A stretch of DNA of 52,153 nt from Pseudomonas sp. (GCA_050739815.1 JBOICE010000063.1:1-52153), one strand, 5' to 3'; numbered from the stretch's first letter, positions 1-14,484 are shown. Notes: generated from the sequence alone by a model not told the origin. Numbers and translations are program-made.

Positions 1-503
1 GCACCTAGCTCAATCACTGCGCCGACATGCTCCGGCGCCAACTCGAGCAACGTCAGGGGTACGCCAAGATCGTTGTTCAGGTTGCCACGGGTAGCCAGTA
101 CCGGACCGCCAAGCCCGGCGATACCCGCACGAAGGATGCTGGCGAGCATTTCCTTGACCGTGGTTTTGCCGCTGGAGCCGGTGACTGCTGCCAGCGGGCC
201 GAGGTAGGCCTGACGATTCAGATCAGCGAGTTGCCCCAATGCCTGACGGGTGTCAGGTACGACCAATTGCGGCAGCGGTGCCCCGGCAACCTCGCGCTCG
301 ACCAAAGCAGCCACTGCACCCTTCTGCGCCACCTCATGCAAATACGAGTGGCCGTCGAAACGCGGGCCGGTCAGCGCAATAAACAGCTGACCCGGCTGAA
401 TCGCGCGACTATCGGTGCTCACCGCATTAAACAGCGTGTCCGTACCGACCAGGCGCCCCCTCAGAGGTGCAGCAACCTCACTCAAACGCAGGGCTTTAAG
501 CAT
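1..503 (-). CDS. murF: UDP-N-acetylmuramoyl-tripeptide--D-Ala-D-Ala ligase, 5' part (runs off window)
   Basis: Manual translation from ATG at 503 (overlapping the murE end) gives MLKALRLSEVAAPLRGRLVGTDTLFNAVSTDSRAIQPGQLFIALTGPRFDGH, a Mur-ligase N-terminus; follows murE in dcw order. Confidence 0.93.
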   Translation of the reverse strand, partial: MLKALRLSEVAAPLRGRLVGTDTLFNAVSTDSRAIQPGQLFIALTGPRFDGHSYLHEVAQKGAVAALVEREVAGAPLPQLVVPDTRQALGQLADLNRQAYLGPLAAVTGSSGKTTVKEMLASILRAGIAGLGGPVLATRGNLNNDLGVPLTLLELAPEHVGAVIELG

Positions 504-1958
504 GCGCCACCTCCCATGCGGACAAGGCTTTGCTGGCTTCGTCCAGATCAGAGAACGGTTGCCGCTCCCCCTTGATCTCTTGGTAGTCCTCATGACCCTT
601 ACCGGCCAGAACGACCACATCCGCGGCCTCGGCACTGGCGATCAACTGGGCGATGGCCTGGCCACGGCCGTAAACAAAGCTGGCCTGTTCCGGCGCTTTC
701 AGGCCCGCACGGATATCGGCAAAAATCTGCTGCGGCTCTTCACCGCGGGGGTTGTCATCGGTGACCACAACGCCATCGGCCAAACGCTCGACCACCTCAG
801 CCATCAATGGACGCTTGCCGCGGTCACGGTCGCCGCCGCAGCCGAAGAGACAGAGCAAACGGCCCTGAGCATGCGGGCGCAAGGCTGCGAGTACTTTCTC
901 AAGGGCATCGGGGGTGTGCGCGTAATCGACCACGACCAACGGCTGCGTGCCGCCACCCAGACGCTGCATACGCCCAGCCGGGCCTTGCAGCTCGGGCAGG
1001 ACTTTAAGAATTTCGTCCAGCGGGTAATCCATCCCGAGCAAGGCACCCACCACCGCCAGCAGGTTGCTCAAGTTGAAGCGCCCAAGCAGCGAGCTGCGCA
1101 GACTGCCCTCACCTTTCGGCGTGACCAGTTTGGCGCGAACGCCGTGATCATCGAAATGCGCTTCGCTGCAATACAGATAAGCGCTGGCGTCTTCCAGGCT
1201 GTAGGTAATCAAGCGGGACTCCTGCACCTCAGCAGCCAACTGGCGACCAACCGCATCATCCAGGTTCAGTACCCGGCAACGCAGACCCGGCCAACTGAAT
1301 AGCCGCGCCTTGGCCGCACCATAGGCGTGCATCGAGCCGTGGTAATCCAGGTGATCGCGCGACAGGTTGGTGAACACCGCCACATCGAACGCCAGGGCAG
1401 CGACGCGGCCTTGATCCAGCCCATGGGAGGAAACTTCCATCGCTACCGCTCGTGCACCGGCCTGCTTCAGGTTGGCCAGCACCGCCTGCACTCCTATCGG
1501 GTCTGGGGTGGTATGACGCCCAAGCTCCAGGGCATTGTGAAAGCCCGTACCCAGGGTGCCAACAATCCCACAGCGCTCGCCAAAGTGATCCAGCGCCTGG
1601 GCAAGCAACTGGCTGACGCTGGTCTTGCCGTTGGTACCAGTTACGCCGACCAGATGCAGTGCGCGGCTAGGCTCACCATAGAAACGACCGGCAATAGCCG
1701 ATAGCTGCCCCGCCAAGTTCTTCAACGGAATCAATTGCGCACTGCTGGCCGTCATCACCGCCGCGCCTTCGGCTTCATAGGCCACAGCGGCGGCACCACG
1801 AGCGATAGCGTCACTGATATGCACGCGACCATCCTGCTGGCCACCCGGCACAGCGAGAAACAGATCACCCGGACGCACCTTGCGGCTATCCAGGGTCAGT
1901 TCACGGATCAGCACCGAGCTTTCAGCTTCGGGCAACAATTGATTCAGCGGCATGGGCA

Positions 1959-1959
<1 letters not shown>
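496..1959 (-). CDS. murE: UDP-N-acetylmuramoyl-dipeptide--meso-DAP ligase
   Basis: GVTGTNGKTS P-loop, MEVSSH, FTNLSRDHLDYH, DYAHTPD, DNPR mDAP motif, AGKGHE. Confidence 0.97.
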
Positions 1960-3981
<2,022 letters not shown>

Positions 3982-3985
<4 letters not shown>

Positions 3986-4929
3986 CGCAGCTTCTCCGCC
4001 ACACGCATGACTGCACTGCGCGCGCGAGGGTTGGCCTTCAACTCAGCCTCAGAAGCGAACTGCGGCTTGCCAAGCACCTTGAGGCGTGGTTCGAAAGCAG
4101 CAAAACGGACCGGTAGATCACGCGGCAAATTGTCTGCCTCGCCTTTCACATGACGCCGCATAAACAGTTTCACGATGCGATCTTCAAGTGAATGGAAGCT
4201 GATCACTACCAACCGACCACCCACTTCCAGAGCCTCCAGCGCGGCATCCAGACCACGCTCGAGGTCGCCCAACTCGTTGTTCACGTAGATGCGCAGGCCT
4301 TGGAAGGCACGGGTCGCCGGATTCTTGCCCTTTTCCCAAGCCGGATTAGCGACCTTGAGCACCTCGGCCAGGTCGGCCGTGCGCTCGAAAGGCTTCTCCG
4401 CACGACGCAGAACCACCGCACGCGCCATACGCTTGGCGAAACGCTCTTCGCCGTATTCCTTGAAGACGCGGGCAATATCCTCTTCGGCGGCACTGGCGAT
4501 CCATTCAGCAGCACTAATGCCGCGACTAGGGTCCATCCGCATATCCAACGGGCCGTCATTGAGGAAGCTAAACCCGCGCTCGGCATCATCGAGCTGTGGC
4601 GAAGACACGCCCAAATCCAGCAGCACCCCCGCCACCTGGCCGGCCATATTCCGCGCCGCAACCTCCTCGCCCAGCTCGGCAAAACTACGCTGCACAACGA
4701 CAAAGCGGCCGTCTTCGGCCGCCAGCGTCTCCCCAGTCGCGATCGCCTGCGGATCTTTATCGAAACCGAGCAGGCGCCCATCCGGGCCAAGCTTTTCGAG
4801 GATCAGCCGGCTATGCCCGCCGCGCCCGAATGTGCCATCCAGGTAGCAGCCGTCCGCGCGCACGGCCAGAGCCTCAACGGCTTCATCGAGCAGTACGGTG
4901 ATGTGGCGAAAGCTGCTAGTCGTAGTCAC
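3982..4929 (-). CDS. rsmH: 16S rRNA m4C1402 methyltransferase
   Basis: [47 protein letters not shown]. Confidence 0.97.
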
Positions 4930-5381
4930 AGGATCAAATCACGCAGTTCGTCCGGCAGACCGCCGGGTTGTTTAATGGCCGCGAGGTCCGCATCAGCAAC
5001 GGCGTTCCAGGCGTCCTCGTCCCACAATTGGAATTTGTTCAGCTGACCGACGAGCATCGCGCGCTTGTCCAGCCTGGCGTACTCACGCAGACGCGGTGGC
5101 ACCAGGAAGCGACCGCTACCATCCAACTCCAGGTCCACGGCATTGCCGATCAGAAGGCGCTGCAGACGACGAGTTTCTTCACGCAGAGAAGGCAGCTCCC
5201 GGAGTTTGGCTTCAATCAGCTCCCACTCGGGCAACGGATACACGCACAGGCAAGGGTCGATAGCATCAATAGTGACGATGAGCTGGCCAGCCGAACGCGA
5301 AACGAGCTCGTCCCGATACCGACTTGGCATCGCGAGCCGCCCCTTGGCGTCGAGAGATATGGCGTTAGCTCCGCGAAACAA
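4926..5381 (-). CDS. mraZ: Division/cell wall cluster transcriptional repressor MraZ (TTG start, 151 aa)
   Basis: LDAKGR and LDGSGR (DxxxR) repeats; TTG at 5381 preceded by GGGAG. Confidence 0.95.
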   Translation of the reverse strand: MFRGANAISLDAKGRLAMPSRYRDELVSRSAGQLIVTIDAIDPCLCVYPLPEWELIEAKLRELPSLREETRRLQRLLIGNAVDLELDGSGRFLVPPRLREYARLDKRAMLVGQLNKFQLWDEDAWNAVADADLAAIKQPGGLPDELRDLIL

Positions 5382-5425
5382 TGTTGTGCTCTCCCACTTT
5401 GATCGGCTGTCCGTACCTAAAAAAC

Positions 5426-5460
5426 CCACTTCATGCCACTTCATGCCACTTGCACACACT
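5426..5460 (-). promoter_or_regulatory. Putative MraZ operator: AAGTGG direct repeats at 10-nt period
   Basis: Minus strand reads AGTGTGTGC-AAGTGGCATG-AAGTGGCATG-AAGTGGG just downstream of a -10; matches the 10-nt periodic GTGG-type boxes bound by MraZ. Confidence 0.8.
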
Positions 5461-5487
5461 ATAGGAATGCGGCTACCCCACCGTCAA
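5458..5487 (-). promoter_or_regulatory. Sigma70-type promoter of the dcw cluster
   Basis: TTGACG-N18-TATAGT upstream of mraZ. Confidence 0.65.
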
Positions 5488-5693
5488 GGCGCGCCAAGAG
5501 GGAAAAATCCTTATAGGACGGCAATTTAGCGAGCTAAGAAGGGGGTTTAGCGAGGCATTGCGAGGCTTTTTTGAGGGTTAAATTCAACCAATTCAGAAAG
5601 CTGAAGCTCAAACTTAAAGTAGTTTGTTAAGAGTAAGATTTTTTCGGTATTAGAAATGCGATGCGGGAGATGAAGCGGATAGAGGAAAAAGGT

Positions 5694-6052
5694 GGAGAGT
5701 CGATCTGTAAGCCGGGTTCTGTCGAGGACAGTCATTCCTCTACGACGGCCATCACTGGACGCCTTTAGCAACCTACCCGGATCCAGCGCGGGCCACGCCA
5801 ATGGATCCCTATTTGGTCTTGCTCCGAGTGGGGTTTGCCTAGCCACGCACTGTTACCAGACGTGCGGTGCGCTCTTACCGCACCTTTTCACCCTTACCGG
5901 CGCCGAAACGCTTAGGCGGTTATTTTCTGTGGCACTTTCCGTAGGCTCACGCCCCCCAGGCGTTACCTGGCACTCTGCCCTATGGAGCCCGGACTTTCCT
6001 CCCTTCCATTTCGCGAAACGAAATGAAACAGCGACTGTCCAATCGACTCTCC
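5694..6052 (-). ncRNA. rnpB: RNase P RNA (type A)
   Basis: GAGGAAAGTCCGGGCTCC near the 5' end, ACAGAACCCGGCTTA near the 3' end, terminal helix GGAGAGTCGAT/ATCGACTCTCC, position downstream of rsmI. Confidence 0.98.
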
Positions 6053-6059
6053 GCCGCCT

Positions 6060-6088
6060 AGGGTAGCGGCAGGCAAACACGAGAACAA
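6060..6088 (-). promoter_or_regulatory. Putative rnpB promoter with GC-rich discriminator
   Basis: TTGTTC-N17-TACCCT followed by AGGCGGC just before the RNA 5' end. Confidence 0.5.
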
Positions 6089-6090
6089 GC

Positions 6091-6963
6091 TTAAACGTCT
6101 TTCTGCCGCTCCAGCGCCGCCTGATAGAGCAAGTTTTTGCGTACCCCAGTGATCTCCGCCGCCAGTGCCGCCGCACGCTTGAGCGGCATCTCCTTGAGCA
6201 ACAGGTCGAGCACTCGCAAAGACTCCGCACTCAAAGCCTCATCACCTTCCGGCGTCTGCCAACCCGCTACCAGCACCACACACTCGCCACGTTGCTGATT
6301 GCTGTCCGCCGCCACCCAGGCACGCAGGGCTTCTAGCGGCAGCCCCTTCAAGGTCTCGAAGGTCTTAGTCAGCTCACGCGCCAATACCGCCATGCGCTCA
6401 CCTCCAAAGACCACCTCCAGATCCTTCAGGCACTCCAATATTCGATGCGGCGCTTCGTAGAAAATCAACGTGCGCGGCTCCTCCCTAAGCAACTCAAGCC
6501 GAGCGCGGCGCCCTGCAACCTTCGCCGGCAAAAAGCCCTCAAAAATAAAACGGTCCGACGGCAGACCTGCTGCCGACAAGGCGGCGATCAGCGCACAAGG
6601 ACCGGGCACCGGCACAACGGCAATGCCCGCCGCCCGCACTTGACGAACCAAATGGTAGCCAGGATCGGAAATCAGCGGCGTACCCGCATCCGAAATCAGC
6701 GCAACATCATCACCAGCCTGCAAGCGAGCCAGAAAGCGCCCCCCCTCGACGCGCTCGTTATGCTCATGACAGGCCGCCAGCGGCGTGGCGATACCGAAGT
6801 GCTGCAGCAAGCGGATAGAGTGACGCGTGTCCTCAGCGGCAATCAGCGCCACGCTCCGAAGCACCTTGAGCGCTCGCGCACTGATGTCATCCAGATTACC
6901 GATGGGCGTCGCCACCACATATAGCGTGCCAGCAACGGGGTTCAGAGCACCTGGAACGGTCAC
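6091..6963 (-). CDS. rsmI: 16S rRNA C1402 2'-O-methyltransferase
   Basis: [45 protein letters not shown] start at 6963 after GAGGT. Confidence 0.96.
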   Translation of the reverse strand: MTVPGALNPVAGTLYVVATPIGNLDDISARALKVLRSVALIAAEDTRHSIRLLQHFGIATPLAACHEHNERVEGGRFLARLQAGDDVALISDAGTPLISDPGYHLVRQVRAAGIAVVPVPGPCALIAALSAAGLPSDRFIFEGFLPAKVAGRRARLELLREEPRTLIFYEAPHRILECLKDLEVVFGGERMAVLARELTKTFETLKGLPLEALRAWVAADSNQQRGECVVLVAGWQTPEGDEALSAESLRVLDLLLKEMPLKRAAALAAEITGVRKNLLYQAALERQKDV

Positions 6964-7087
6964 AGCGCACACCTCATGAATCATATAAAGCGCGCATTGT
7001 AGCCCGATTCACACCATCAACATCGCGCCCCCGGCGGGGCTTCGGTACAATTCGGCCTTCATTTGATCAAGTATCAGGAACGCCTAC

Positions 7088-8899
7088 ATGATCGCCTGCT
7101 TGCGACCGCTCTCTGCCCTCTGCCTCGCTGGACTGCTGGCCGCCTGCGCCAGCTCGCCCTCGTCCAGCCTTGGCGAACTGCCACGCACCCCTCAAGCTAG
7201 CATTGAGCAGTTGCTGCAACAGGCCACGGAAAGCGAACCCGAGCAAGCCGCTCTGCTGCGCTTATCCGCCGCCGACCTGGCCTACAATCAGAAGGATCTC
7301 GCGCGTGCGACCCGCATCCTGGAACAAGTGCCACTGGACAGCTTGAAACCTGCTCAGCAGATTTTCGCCAACACCGTGGCCGCCGAACTAGCACTCGCAC
7401 GCAACAAACCCAAATCCGCGCTGCAGGCACTCAACCACCCAAGCCTGGGGCGCCTGAGCGAGCTACCCGTGGAGCAGCAAGCGCGCACCCAACTCGTTCG
7501 CGCCCGCGCCCTTGAGGCAGACGGCCAGGCGCTGGCAGCCGCTCGCGAACGCGTCTATATCGCACCACTGCTTAGCGGCGAAGCAGCCAATGCCAACCAT
7601 GAAGCCATCTGGACCCTGGTCGCAGCACTGCCAATCGAGCAATTGCAAGACAGTACTGATGCCGACCTGACTGGCTGGCTGCAACTGGCGCGCATCTCGA
7701 AGAGCGCAGGCACCCTGGAACAACAGCAAGCCGCCATCGACACCTGGCGCCAGCAAAACCCACAGCACCCAGCCGCCCAGCAACTGCCACTGCCACTGAG
7801 CAAACTTAAAGAGCTGGCCGGCCAGCCGCTGACCAAGATCGCCCTGCTATTACCACAGGAAGGTCAACTGGCCTCGGTCGCACGCGCCCTTCGTGACGGC
7901 TTCCTCGCCGCCCACTACCAAGCCCAGCAAGCCGGCCAAAACCCTCCCGCCATCGAACTGTACGACAGCTCGCACCTGACATCGCTGGACGACTTCTACC
8001 GTCAAGCCCAAGCCACGGGCGTACAACTTGTAGTCGGCCCGCTTGAGAAACCCCTAGTCAAACAACTCAGTGAGCGCGAACAACTGCCAATCACCACCCT
8101 CGCCCTTAACTACAGCGAAGCCGGTCAGGAAGGTCCTGCGCAATTGTTCCAGTTCGGTCTGGCTGCCGAAGACGAGGCCCGCGAGGCTGCCCGGCGCGCC
8201 TGGGCCGATGGCATGCGCCGCGCCGTAGCCCTGGTGCCGCGTGGCGAATGGGGTGACCGCGTACTTGGCGCCTTCCGCCAAAGCTGGCAGGCCGCCGGCG
8301 GCAGCCTGATCGCCGCAGAACACGTCGATCAGCCCGTGGAGCTGGCCCAGCAAATCGCCGATCTGTTCCAACTGCGCCAAAGCGAAGCGCGCGCCAAACG
8401 ACTGCAAAGCACGCTCGGCGTAGCGATTGCCGCGCAGCCGGCACGCCGCCAAGACGTCGACTTCATCTTCCTCGCCGCCACTCCGCAGCAAGCGCAGCAG
8501 ATCAAACCGACCCTCGCCTTCCAATACGCAGGAGATGTGCCGGTCTACGCCACCTCTCACCTGTTCACTGGCGTCAGCAATCCGACCCAGTATCTCGACT
8601 TGAACGGCATTCGCTTTTGCGAAACACCTTGGCTACTCGACGCTGACGACCCGCTACGCCAACAAGTCAGCGCTCAATGGCCTCAGGCTGCCGGCAGCCT
8701 GGGAAGGCTCTATGCCATGGGTGTCGACGCCTATCGCCTGGTACCTCGCCTTGGCCAGCTTAAAGCACTGCCAGACAGCCGCGTCGACGGCCTCTCCGGC
8801 AGTCTTAGCCTGAACCCAACGCAACGCATCGAACGCCAGCTGCCTTGGGCCGAGTTTCGCGACGGCCAAGTTCAGCGCCTTCCCGACAGCATCAATTGA
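7088..8899 (+). CDS. lpoA: Penicillin-binding protein activator lipoprotein (LppC family)
   Basis: Lipobox LAAC, KIALLLP, VVGPLEK, RLYAMGVDAY; divergent from rsmI. Confidence 0.92.
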   Translation: MIACLRPLSALCLAGLLAACASSPSSSLGELPRTPQASIEQLLQQATESEPEQAALLRLSAADLAYNQKDLARATRILEQVPLDSLKPAQQIFANTVAAELALARNKPKSALQALNHPSLGRLSELPVEQQARTQLVRARALEADGQALAAARERVYIAPLLSGEAANANHEAIWTLVAALPIEQLQDSTDADLTGWLQLARISKSAGTLEQQQAAIDTWRQQNPQHPAAQQLPLPLSKLKELAGQPLTKIALLLPQEGQLASVARALRDGFLAAHYQAQQAGQNPPAIELYDSSHLTSLDDFYRQAQATGVQLVVGPLEKPLVKQLSEREQLPITTLALNYSEAGQEGPAQLFQFGLAAEDEAREAARRAWADGMRRAVALVPRGEWGDRVLGAFRQSWQAAGGSLIAAEHVDQPVELAQQIADLFQLRQSEARAKRLQSTLGVAIAAQPARRQDVDFIFLAATPQQAQQIKPTLAFQYAGDVPVYATSHLFTGVSNPTQYLDLNGIRFCETPWLLDADDPLRQQVSAQWPQAAGSLGRLYAMGVDAYRLVPRLGQLKALPDSRVDGLSGSLSLNPTQRIERQLPWAEFRDGQVQRLPDSIN

Positions 8900-9270
8900 T
8901 CGATAACAGCAGCCGTCAAACCAGTGGCCGGGCGGCCGAAGCACTAGCCCGACAGTACTTGGAGCAGCAAGGACTGCGCCTTCTGGCGCAGAATTGGCTG
9001 TGTCGCCGCGGTGAGCTCGATCTGGTCATGCTCGACGGCGATACAGTAGTATTCGTCGAGGTCCGCTATCGGCGGCATGCCGCTTGGGGCGGCGCATTGG
9101 AGAGTGTCGATGCGCGCAAGCGCGGGAAACTCGCCAGCGCTGCAGAACACTTTCTGCAACAAGAGTCACGCTGGGCCAAACATCCCTGCCGTTTTGATGT
9201 CGTAGCCATCAGTGCTGACGATAGCGGCGCAGCACGACTTAACTGGATTCAAAACGCTTTTGATACCTGA
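8896..9270 (+). CDS. yraN: YraN family (UPF0102) nuclease-like protein
   Basis: GELDLVM, VFVEVRYR, CRFDVV; TTG start overlapping the lpoA stop. Confidence 0.9.
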   Translation: MIDNSSRQTSGRAAEALARQYLEQQGLRLLAQNWLCRRGELDLVMLDGDTVVFVEVRYRRHAAWGGALESVDARKRGKLASAAEHFLQQESRWAKHPCRFDVVAISADDSGAARLNWIQNAFDT

Positions 9271-9496
9271 GCAAACCCGGCGCAATTCGGCCAGACACAA
9301 TAGAGAGCTGCAGGCCCGGTCACCATTGATGCCCCACGCATCCTGGCCGCCCGATCCACGCGGAGCAAAACCCGAACTTAGCTTCGGCGAAACCACAGAC
9401 TCCAGTCTGCGATTGTCGAGCGATATACCCCTGTAGCAGGCGGCCTCTGACATAAGCCTGAAGCCACCTGACCAGCATCTACCCTGAAGGTCATAA

Positions 9497-10620
<1,124 letters not shown>

Positions 10621-10640
10621 GCTGGCGGTGCATCACAGGC

Positions 10641-10674
10641 ATAAAAAAGGCGATCCGAGGATCGCCTTTTTTAT
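10641..10674. terminator. Bidirectional intrinsic terminator
   Basis: ATAAAAAAGGCGATC-cgag-GATCGCCTTTTTTAT between convergent BON gene and sspB. Confidence 0.9.
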
Positions 10675-10677
10675 TGA

Positions 10678-11091
10678 TTACTTGACCACTTTCAAACTGG
10701 GTCGCCCACTCGGCCTGGGCGGCTCGCCACCGGATGGACCATCATCGTCAGGCCCTGAATCTGGCTCTTCATCCACCACTGGCGGCTCCAGATCGAAGAC
10801 CATGCCTTGACCATTTTCGCGAGCATAGATCGCCAGCACAGCCGCAGCGGGGATATACAAGGTGTGTGCCACCCCGCCGAAACGGCCCTCAAAACTCACT
10901 GCCTCGTTATCCATGTGCAGGTGGCGCACGGCCCCCGGTGAAACGTTCAACACTATCTGGCCATCGCTGGCGAAGCCCTGCGGCACCTGCACGCCAGAGT
11001 ACTCGGCGTTGACCAACAAATGCGGCGTGCAATCGTTATCAACAATCCACTCGTAGAGTGCACGAATCAGATAAGGACGACTGGAGTTCAT
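10678..11091 (-). CDS. sspB: ClpXP adaptor SspB
   Basis: RPYLIRALYEWIVDN, IYARENGQG, C-terminal LKVVK. Confidence 0.96.
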   Translation of the reverse strand: MNSSRPYLIRALYEWIVDNDCTPHLLVNAEYSGVQVPQGFASDGQIVLNVSPGAVRHLHMDNEAVSFEGRFGGVAHTLYIPAAAVLAIYARENGQGMVFDLEPPVVDEEPDSGPDDDGPSGGEPPRPSGRPSLKVVK

Positions 11092-11108
11092 CGAAAGCTC
11101 CTTCAGCT

Positions 11109-11726
11109 TTAGCGCATATCTCGCTCTACACCAGACAGACTGACCTGGAAAGCCTCACGGGCAAACTGACGATCCATGTAATCCAGCAGCGGCTTGGCCG
11201 GCTTGGGCAACTCGATCCCTAATTTCGGCAAACGCCAGAGGATCGGCAATAAACAACAATCTACCAAACTCAGCTCATCACTGAGAAAAAATGCCTTATC
11301 GGCGAACAGTGGCGATACACCTGTCAGGCTTTCGCGCAATTCCTTGCGCGCCTGAACCCGAGCTGGTTCCTTACTGCGTGGATCCAGGATCAGATCTACC
11401 AGAACACACCAGTCACGCTGTATACGATGAATAAGCAGCCGGCTATTCGCCCGGGCCACCGGGTAAACCGGCAACAAAGGGGGATGCGGATAGCGTTCGT
11501 CCAGATATTCCATCACGACAGTCGACTCATACAACGCCAGATCACGATCGACCAAGGTTGGTACGCTGCCGTAGGGGTTCACTTCTGCCAGCCTGGGCGG
11601 TGTGCGGCCCTGTTCGACATTGATGATCTCGGCGCTTACACCCTTCTCGGCGAGCACAATACGTACGCGATGGGAATAGTGGTCGGCGGGGTCGGAGTAA
11701 CAGGCCAACCGATTGGTCACGCCCAT
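11109..11726 (-). CDS. sspA: Stringent starvation protein A
   Basis: GST fold: [33 protein letters not shown]. Confidence 0.95.
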   Translation of the reverse strand: MGVTNRLACYSDPADHYSHRVRIVLAEKGVSAEIINVEQGRTPPRLAEVNPYGSVPTLVDRDLALYESTVVMEYLDERYPHPPLLPVYPVARANSRLLIHRIQRDWCVLVDLILDPRSKEPARVQARKELRESLTGVSPLFADKAFFLSDELSLVDCCLLPILWRLPKLGIELPKPAKPLLDYMDRQFAREAFQVSLSGVERDMR

Positions 11727-11816
11727 GGCGGTCCTCCTCGCTTGTTAAAGTTATCAGAAGCAGAAAGACGTGCGCGCCCAAAGCGGGCGCGCATGTCGAC
11801 AGCGGAATACAGCTTG

Positions 11817-12599
11817 TTAATGCACGTCCTTCCAGAATTCGCGCTTTAACAGGTAAGCAAACACGAAGAAGAAGGCCAGGTAGAGCAGCACATAAGTACC
11901 AATGCGCTGACTTTGGAGTTTCACCGGATTGGCCGAGTATGCCAGGAAGGTCACCAAATTCTTAACCTTATCGTCGAACTCGGCCTCATTCAGCTTGCCG
12001 GTCTTGGGCAGCACGGTTAGTTGATCGCAAGCCTCATGAGTAATCGGCGTACCAGTCAGCGGGTCGAACTGCTTCTTACCCTCTTCAACTACTTGTACTT
12101 GCTTGCAGCCAACCACCTGGCGTCCTTGCAGACCTACAAGCACGTTAGGCATACCAACGTTGGGGAACACTTTGTTGTTCACACCCCACGGACGCGCAGG
12201 ATCTTCATAGAAGTTGCGCAGGTATGTGTACAGCCAGTCAGTGCCGCGCACACGAGCAACCAGGGTCAGATCCGGCGGCGCAGCACCGAACCAGCTCTTG
12301 GCATCAGCCGGCTGCATACCGATCTTCATCAGGTCGCCGATCTTTGCCCCAGTGAACACCAGGTTATTCAGCATCAGCTCATGCGGAATCCCCAGGTCAT
12401 CCGCAACGCGCTCGTAGCGCTGGAACTTGGCGCTGTGGCAGCCCATGCAGTAGTTGGCGAATGTCCGCGCACCATCCTGCAGAGCGGCCTTGTCGGTCAG
12501 GTCGATATCGACCTTGTCCAGTTCGACACCCTGACCTGTATTGGCAAAGGAAATGGCCGGCAATACAGCAAAAATCAATGCAGCAAATAGCTTTCTCAT
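11817..12599 (-). CDS. petC: Cytochrome c1
   Basis: Signal peptide, CMGCH heme motif, PPDLTL, C-terminal TM. Confidence 0.95.
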   Translation of the reverse strand: MRKLFAALIFAVLPAISFANTGQGVELDKVDIDLTDKAALQDGARTFANYCMGCHSAKFQRYERVADDLGIPHELMLNNLVFTGAKIGDLMKIGMQPADAKSWFGAAPPDLTLVARVRGTDWLYTYLRNFYEDPARPWGVNNKVFPNVGMPNVLVGLQGRQVVGCKQVQVVEEGKKQFDPLTGTPITHEACDQLTVLPKTGKLNEAEFDDKVKNLVTFLAYSANPVKLQSQRIGTYVLLYLAFFFVFAYLLKREFWKDVH

Positions 12600-13810
12600 C
12601 AGCCAGTCACCCTTTCCGGAACCGGTTTGGTCTTCTCAAGCTTGGTGTAGAACGGCATGAGGATGAAATACGCGAAGTACAGGAACGTGCATACCTGCGA
12701 CAGCAGCGTCCGCCCCGGAGTCGGCGCAAGAACACCCAGCACACCGAGAATCACGAAGGAGATACAGAACACCAACAACCAGATCCTGCTCAGCCAACCC
12801 TTGTAGCGCATCGACTTGACCGGGCTACGGTCAAGCCACGGCAGCACAAACAGCACCGCGATAGCGGCACCCATGGCAATTACACCCATCAGCTTGTCTG
12901 GAATCGCGCGCAGAATCGCGTAGAACGGCGTGAAGTACCAAACCGGCGCAATGTGCTCGGGGGTCTTGAAGGCGTTAGCCACTTCGAAGTTGGGCTTCTC
13001 AAGGAAATAGCCGCCCATTTCCGGGAAGAAGAACACGATCGCGCAGAAGATGAACAGGAACACCACCACGCCGACGATATCTTTCACGGTGTAGTACGGG
13101 TGGAACGCAATACCGTCCAGCGGCACACCGTTCGCATCCTTGTGCTTCTTGATATCCACGCCATCCGGGTTGTTCGAGCCCACTTCGTGCAGGGCCAGGA
13201 TGTGCAATACCACCAGACCAAGCACCACGATCGGCAGCGCAATCACATGCAACGCAAAGAAGCGGTTCAGTGTGATCCCCGAGATCAGGTAGTCGCCACG
13301 GATCCACTGGGTCAGATCGTCACCAATCACCGGGATGGCACCGAACAGCGAGATGATCACCTGGGCGCCCCAGTAGGACATCTGCCCCCACGGCAGCAGA
13401 TACCCCATGAAGGCCTCTGCCATCAACGCCAGGTAGATCAGCATGCCGAAGACCCAGACCAGCTCACGCGGCTTCTGATAGGAGCCGTAGAGCAACCCAC
13501 GGAACATATGTAGATAAACCACGATGAAGAACGCCGAAGCCCCGGTCGAGTGCAGCAGACGCAGGATCCAGCCGTACTCCACATCACGCATGATGTATTC
13601 GACGGAGGCAAAAGCCTCTTCCGCCGAAGGCGTGTAGCTCATAGTCAGCCAGATGCCAGTGACGATCTGATTGACCAACACCAACAGAGCCAAGGAACCA
13701 AAGAAGTAGAAGAAGTTAAAGTTCTTCGGTGCGTAGTACTTGCTTAGATGGTCTTCCCACATTTTTGTGGCGGGAAAGCGCGCATCAATCCACTCCATGA
13801 ACTTGCCCAT
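12599..13810 (-). CDS. petB: Cytochrome b
   Basis: Start MGKFMEWIDARFP at 13810; GYLLPWGQMSYWG, RFFALH, PVWY. Confidence 0.96.
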   Translation of the reverse strand: MGKFMEWIDARFPATKMWEDHLSKYYAPKNFNFFYFFGSLALLVLVNQIVTGIWLTMSYTPSAEEAFASVEYIMRDVEYGWILRLLHSTGASAFFIVVYLHMFRGLLYGSYQKPRELVWVFGMLIYLALMAEAFMGYLLPWGQMSYWGAQVIISLFGAIPVIGDDLTQWIRGDYLISGITLNRFFALHVIALPIVVLGLVVLHILALHEVGSNNPDGVDIKKHKDANGVPLDGIAFHPYYTVKDIVGVVVFLFIFCAIVFFFPEMGGYFLEKPNFEVANAFKTPEHIAPVWYFTPFYAILRAIPDKLMGVIAMGAAIAVLFVLPWLDRSPVKSMRYKGWLSRIWLLVFCISFVILGVLGVLAPTPGRTLLSQVCTFLYFAYFILMPFYTKLEKTKPVPERVTG

Positions 13811-14403
13811 CAGGCTTTCTCCTGGTCCACACCGATGACAATGACATCGTCCGACTCGTATGAGTGCGGCGGCACTGGCAGATTCAAGGGGGCAGGCTGC
13901 GACTTGTAGACGCGGCCGGCGAGATCGTAACGAGAACCGTGGCAAGGGCAGAAATAGCCACCTACCCACTCAGCACCGAGATCCACCGGCGCCACTTCCG
14001 GACGGAAGGACGGGGAGCAGCCCAAGTGTGTGCAGATACCAACCAGCACCAGGATTTCCGGCTTGATCGAACGCACCTCAGGGTCCACATAGATAGGCTG
14101 AATTGACGCCTTGGACTCCGGATCGGCCAACACGCCTTCGATCTTGCCCAGGTTGCCGAGGATTTCCTCGGTACGGCGCACGATAAACACCGGCTGACCA
14201 CGCCACTCAGCAATCATCTGCTGACCAGGCTCAATCTTGCCGACATTCACTTTCACCGCCGCCCCTGCGGCCTTGGCCTTGGCACTCGGGAACCATGACC
14301 CCACGAACGGGACCGCAGCACCCACCGCCCCTGCAGCACCCACCACGGAAGTGGCCGCCACCAGGAAGCGACGTCGGCCTGCATTCACGCCGTCATTGCT
14401 CAT
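13810..14403 (-). CDS. petA: Rieske iron-sulfur subunit of the bc1 complex
   Basis: Tat motif RRRFL, CTHLGC and CPCHGS. Confidence 0.97.
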   Translation of the reverse strand: MSNDGVNAGRRRFLVAATSVVGAAGAVGAAVPFVGSWFPSAKAKAAGAAVKVNVGKIEPGQQMIAEWRGQPVFIVRRTEEILGNLGKIEGVLADPESKASIQPIYVDPEVRSIKPEILVLVGICTHLGCSPSFRPEVAPVDLGAEWVGGYFCPCHGSRYDLAGRVYKSQPAPLNLPVPPHSYESDDVIVIGVDQEKA

Positions 14404-14484
14404 TCAGTCGTCTCCCATCAGCTTTGTGGCCTGTTATTCAGGCATCTACTAAGTAAAAATCAAGCCGCGCAAAAAATTTGCCAA

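Noticed and set aside
5426..5460. Tandem 10-nt repeats as a CRISPR or VNTR
   Set aside because: Too short, no spacers or cas genes; better explained as the MraZ operator
5560..5690. AT-rich tract between rnpB and the dcw promoter as foreign DNA
   Set aside because: Short, no mobile-element ends; consistent with upstream promoter architecture
5547..6230. ORFs overlapping 5547-6230
   Set aside because: Explained by the RNase P RNA gene and the rsmI 3' end
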